From a virus: a stretch of DNA of 43,290 nt. Of the stretch, positions 39,714 through 43,290 are shown piece after piece. A program made the translations under genes and the position numbers. Location of the stretch: positions 1 through 43,290 of the IMG/VR virus record IMGVR_UViG_3300037461_000718; one strand, given 5' to 3'. The notes under the pieces were generated by a model, which worked only from the letters and a program-made list of their open reading frames with translations, had not been told where the DNA came from and did not search any database. How positions within the stretch are numbered: position 1 is the stretch's first letter; every line of letters starts with the position of its first letter.

Positions 39714-41562
39714 CAAAAAACTCGCCGAGTACATCGTTGACGACCTGGTCGATTGGATGATGCAGGAGCGCCGGAACCTCATCGAAGAGCAATGGCGGAT
39801 GAACGACGACGCATTCCGCGGCCGGTACGACAGCGACACTCTGAAGAAGTGGAAGGCCGCCGAGGGCCAGGGCTGGCGGTCCAAGGTGTTCGTACGCCTG
39901 ACCAAGCAGAAGGTGGTGATCGGCTACAACAACCTCTTGGCCGTGATGATGCAAAACGGAAAGCTGCCCTACGACATCGAGCCGACACCGATCCCGGAGA
40001 ACATGGCCGGCATGGTGCTGCCAGAGGTGGAAGCCAAGGCTCGATGCGACCGGATGAAGAAACAGATCCGGGACGACCTGGACGAATGTCGGGCCGAGCA
40101 CCGTTACATGACCGCGGCCATGGTGATGTCGCTCTACGGCATGAGCTGGATAAGGGGTCCGGTGCTGCGTAAGCGGAGGATGGCGCGGCGGGTCATGAAC
40201 GTTCCGGGGTTCAGCTTCGACCTCAACCCGCAGCTGCTATCCATGTACGGCCGTCACACCCTGGAGGTGCAAGACGTATGGCGCCCGGTGATGGAGGCGG
40301 TCAATCCGTGGAACGTCTTCTGGGACTTGGAGAACGAGGACCACCAGGCCGGCCATGGGATCTGTATCCGGGAGATGATGAGCTACGGGAAGTTCCTCGA
40401 TTTGGCGTCCGCCGACGGCTACGACGAAGCCGCTGTAATGGCGGTTATCGACCAGTACCGAAACGACGACGGAGGGGAAATCGACCAGTCTCACGGTCCT
40501 TATGCCGAAGCTCTGCTCAAAAGGAAACGGGTGATCCCGGTCTACGAGTTTTACGGCCGGGTGCCGAAACGGTATCTCGAGGGCAATGACAGCGTGGACC
40601 TGTCAAGGACCAACAAGAACGCCAAGGAAATCGAAATCCACTGTGTCATCGCCAAAGGAAAGAGCCCGGTGGTGATCCGGAAGCCGATCGTCAACCCGTT
40701 CTGCTACCGACCGGTCTACCGTGCGCTGTGGGAGGAGATTCCATTTGAGGGCGGGGCGCTTTCGGTGCCCGAGAACATGCAGGACAGCCAAAGCATGATC
40801 AACGGCCTGGTGCGGTCGATGATGGACAACAAGGCCTTGTCGAGCAACCTCCTGATTTGGTGGAACGGGACGAAGATGGCCCCGGGGCAGAACAAGACGC
40901 TCTATCCCGGGAAGACCTTCGAGACCGCCGACCATGTTGAGGACGTGAGGCAGGCCATGGGGTTTTTCGCGCCCCCGGATAACACGGGGAGCACTCCTGA
41001 ACTGATCAACATGTTCGAGCGGTGGGCGAGTCAGGAAACGAACCTGCCGGACGTGCTCCAGGGCAGCACGGACCAATACCAGCCCGACACCGCATTTGAG
41101 ATGAGCAAGCTTGTGGAGTCGGCCAACAAGGGCATCGGATCGACGGTCCGGAACTGCGATGAGGGCCACATCGAGCCGCTCATTACCGGATTTTACGACT
41201 ACCACTACGTGACCAATCCTGATGAGAGCATCAAGGGGGACTACACCGTCAAGGCCACCGGATTCTCGAGCTATCAGGACAAGGCGGTCCGTGGTCAGAA
41301 TATTTTAAGTCTGGCGAACTTCGCGCTCTCGAATCAGCTCACGACGAAATTCGTCAAGGTGGTGGAGTTCCTCCGGGAGTTGGCGAGAACGCGGGACATC
41401 GATCCTGAGAAGTTCTTCATGACCGACGACGAGATAGAGCAGCAGGCGGCCACGATGATGGCGGCTCAAGAGCAAATGGCGATGGCCGGAGGCGGTCCGG
41501 TGGGATCTCCAGGGGTGGAGGCCGGCGGGATGCCTCCCGGCGAACAAGGGATGATGCCATGA
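39694..41562 (+). CDS. Portal protein
   Basis: 622 aa. Size and position (after the terminase, before scaffold and capsid) fit a portal, as does the acidic Met/Gly-rich C-terminus. The call rests on gene order only. Confidence 0.6.
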   Translation: MTDGKANKKLAEYIVDDLVDWMMQERRNLIEEQWRMNDDAFRGRYDSDTLKKWKAAEGQGWRSKVFVRLTKQKVVIGYNNLLAVMMQNGKLPYDIEPTPIPENMAGMVLPEVEAKARCDRMKKQIRDDLDECRAEHRYMTAAMVMSLYGMSWIRGPVLRKRRMARRVMNVPGFSFDLNPQLLSMYGRHTLEVQDVWRPVMEAVNPWNVFWDLENEDHQAGHGICIREMMSYGKFLDLASADGYDEAAVMAVIDQYRNDDGGEIDQSHGPYAEALLKRKRVIPVYEFYGRVPKRYLEGNDSVDLSRTNKNAKEIEIHCVIAKGKSPVVIRKPIVNPFCYRPVYRALWEEIPFEGGALSVPENMQDSQSMINGLVRSMMDNKALSSNLLIWWNGTKMAPGQNKTLYPGKTFETADHVEDVRQAMGFFAPPDNTGSTPELINMFERWASQETNLPDVLQGSTDQYQPDTAFEMSKLVESANKGIGSTVRNCDEGHIEPLITGFYDYHYVTNPDESIKGDYTVKATGFSSYQDKAVRGQNILSLANFALSNQLTTKFVKVVEFLRELARTRDIDPEKFFMTDDEIEQQAATMMAAQEQMAMAGGGPVGSPGVEAGGMPPGEQGMMP

Positions 41563-41819
41563 ACCCGGAAGTCTATCTGACCCAAGATGAGCTGCAGAGG
41601 CTGGCGTCTCTTACCCGGGACCCGAATTGGAGCGTGCTGGTCAGGTACTTCGATGCTGTTAGAGCGGCGGCTCAAAAGAGCCTGAGAAACAGGAAGAATT
41701 CGCTTCAGGATTACGGATATTGGGCGGGAGTGATTCAGATCATCGACGACGTCGAAAATTTACCGGTGGATGTAACCAAGATCATCTATCCACAGAAGGA
41801 TGCAGGCCATGAGGAATAA
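41559..41819 (+). CDS. Hypothetical protein
   Basis: 86-aa ORF. ATGA overlap with the portal stop. Confidence 0.4.
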   Translation: MNPEVYLTQDELQRLASLTRDPNWSVLVRYFDAVRAAAQKSLRNRKNSLQDYGYWAGVIQIIDDVENLPVDVTKIIYPQKDAGHEE

Positions 41820-42255
41820 GCTGCTTGTGGTTTTAATGGCGGTCATGCTTTACCCCGCCCTGGTCTATGGCGCGGCAAGCGTGTGCACGGTGGATTCGCC
41901 TCAAAGCAACGGTTTCGGGCAGTTCAGCATGTTGATCCAGTGGACGGCGAACTCAACGAACGGAGGCTTTACACAGTGCAGTTTGGGTTGGCCGATCGAC
42001 GGGACACTGCTCTACGTCGAAACAGACCCCGGAAGCACGGCGCCAACCAACGCCTATGACATCACGCTGACCGATGAACTGGGCCTGGCAATGACGGTAT
42101 CAAATTGCGACAACGCGACCACGGCAACGGTAAAGCCCACGGTGAGCGGTTCAGCGCAGCAGGTCCCTGTTTGGGGGAATCTGTTGTTGGATATAGCCAA
42201 CAATTCGGTCAATTCGGCCACGGGCAAGATTCGATTGTTCTGGTCAAAGAACTGA
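41800..42255 (+). CDS. Secreted/exported small protein (signal peptide)
   Basis: MRNKLLVVLMAVMLYPALVYG|AAS is a signal-peptide-like N-terminus. Cys-containing and beta-rich. Confidence 0.4.
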   Translation: MQAMRNKLLVVLMAVMLYPALVYGAASVCTVDSPQSNGFGQFSMLIQWTANSTNGGFTQCSLGWPIDGTLLYVETDPGSTAPTNAYDITLTDELGLAMTVSNCDNATTATVKPTVSGSAQQVPVWGNLLLDIANNSVNSATGKIRLFWSKN

Positions 42256-42272
42256 GAAAGGGAAGGTGAGAA

Positions 42273-43007
42273 ATGAAGAGTAGACGATGGATCGGGTTTT
42301 TTGCCGCTGTTTTCCTGGTGGCCTCGGTGAGTCTGGCGTGGGCCTGGAAGACAGAGATGAGGGATTACGTCTTCAAGGGTCTGGCGATTTTCGAAAAGAA
42401 GGCAACGTTCAACACCGATGTGCAGGTTGATGGTTTGACCGCCAGCAAGCCGGTTTTTTCCAGTTCGAGCAAGGTTCTCACCTCGAGCGGCACCCTTGGG
42501 GTGGACCAGGGCGGTACGAATTTGGTCTCATATACTGCCGGTGATCTCCTGTATGCCAGCGGAACCACCACGCTTGCCAAGCTCGCCAAGGGCACGGCAT
42601 TTCAGACGCCTCAAATGAATTCCGGAGCCACGGCGCCGGCCTGGGCATCGGGAGAGACTCTGCTTTCCACGACCACAATCAGTCTGGGAGCGGACGGGAA
42701 CACCACCATTTTTACCGTTCCGGCGGGCAGGACGGCGGTACTTACGAGGGCCTATCTTGTCGCGGCGGCGGACGCCGGGACCTCAACTCTTACCATCGGC
42801 CAAGCGGGTGCGCTGACTGATTTCCTGGGGACACAGACGCTTTCGGCTATCGATGCCGCCGGGGATGTCGGGTATTTAGCCCCGATCCCTAATGCCACGA
42901 CTCCCAAGATAGAGGCTTACGCGGCCAGTACGGTTATCAAGGCTGTGGTCGGATCCCATGCCGGAGGTGCTGGGAACACGTTGTATCTGTTTGGTTTTGT
43001 GTACTAG
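42273..43007 (+). CDS. Fibre-like protein with an N-terminal hydrophobic anchor
   Basis: 244 aa with N-terminal WIGFFAAVFLVASVSLAWA. VDQGGTNLVSYTAGDLLYASGTTTLAKLAKG resembles the GGTG...G.LLY.NG...L motif seen in phage fibre proteins. Confidence 0.35.
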   Translation: MKSRRWIGFFAAVFLVASVSLAWAWKTEMRDYVFKGLAIFEKKATFNTDVQVDGLTASKPVFSSSSKVLTSSGTLGVDQGGTNLVSYTAGDLLYASGTTTLAKLAKGTAFQTPQMNSGATAPAWASGETLLSTTTISLGADGNTTIFTVPAGRTAVLTRAYLVAAADAGTSTLTIGQAGALTDFLGTQTLSAIDAAGDVGYLAPIPNATTPKIEAYAASTVIKAVVGSHAGGAGNTLYLFGFVY

Positions 43008-43054
43008 GGCGGATAACTCTCGGCCCTAAAAGGACTCCCGAGAAAGGAAACGAC

Positions 43055-43290
43055 ATGGAAGACGAGAAGGAAGGCCGGACGCCCGAGGAAGAGCAAGTCC
43101 AGTCCGAAAGCCTGAGCGAGGCAGACGCGGACAGCATCTTCAATGAGGCTATCGGCGAAGCGGCCTCCGCGGACGAGAGCGGGACCACGGAGACTCCCGA
43201 AAAGAAGACCGCTGAACCCCCTGTTGTTGACGAGAAGGCGGAAGAGGGTGGCGGGGCAACCAAGGACGAGGATGAACCCGAAGTCCTCAA
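43055..43290 (+). CDS. Head scaffolding protein, 5' part (continues at base 128 after the overlap, equivalent to 3-776)
   Basis: ATG at 43055 with gagaaaggaaa upstream. The frame is open to the window end and in frame with 3-776 across the junction. Confidence 0.6.
   Translation, partial: MEDEKEGRTPEEEQVQSESLSEADADSIFNEAIGEAASADESGTTETPEKKTAEPPVVDEKAEEGGGATKDEDEPEVL
43164..43290. repeat. Terminal direct repeat, identical to 1-127
   Basis: 127/127 identity with the window start. Confidence 0.95.

Overview
The window is one complete temperate phage genome. Bases 1-127 repeat exactly at 43164-43290, so the unique length is about 43,163 bp. The map is circular or terminally redundant, and the scaffold gene crosses the junction. 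There are three blocks. (i) A plus-strand late block starts at a near-consensus promoter at about 35.99 kb. It runs through lysis genes, small and large terminase, portal, scaffold (across the junction), an N4-gp56-type major capsid protein, connector and tail-tube candidates and a GNAT acetyltransferase. It continues through three internal-virion/ejection proteins (the last is 1534 aa with an N-terminal lytic transglycosylase), a beta-helix tailspike candidate and fibre proteins, and ends at 20.77 kb. The layout is podovirus-like. (ii) A minus-strand lysogeny/cargo island covers 20.8-25.5 kb. It holds an attP built on the 3' 45 nt of a tRNA, a tyrosine integrase, hicA/hicB and an intact pyrF. 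It also holds a Panacea-domain antitoxin with an unassigned 89-aa partner, a 68-aa ORF plus DUF2335 membrane protein pair, and a CI-type repressor. (iii) A plus-strand early/replication block covers 25.56-35.9 kb. It holds a Cro-like HTH, small RHH and zinc-ribbon proteins, a convergent overlapping RHH pair, and a 476-aa Cys-rich protein next to a Cas4-like nuclease. It also holds an AEP primase/SF3 helicase, an ERCC4-type nuclease, an M15 endolysin and an excisionase-family HTH protein. The observations most worth follow-up are listed here.
- The cargo island has three cassettes headed by copies of one 18-20 bp promoter element, and one of them carries phage-borne pyrF.
- The PanA gene has an orphan partner that may be a new toxin.
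- Two RHH regulators face each other, and one has a leaderless-type promoter.
- A 3 x 16-bp repeat array sits upstream of the late promoter.
- An inverted-repeat, origin-like element follows the primase gene.
- A low-GC domain is inserted in the ejected 1534-aa protein.
I saw no rRNA, CRISPR array, transposase or reverse transcriptase. All calls come from reading the translations and remembered family motifs. No database search or computation was run, and start codons are provisional.
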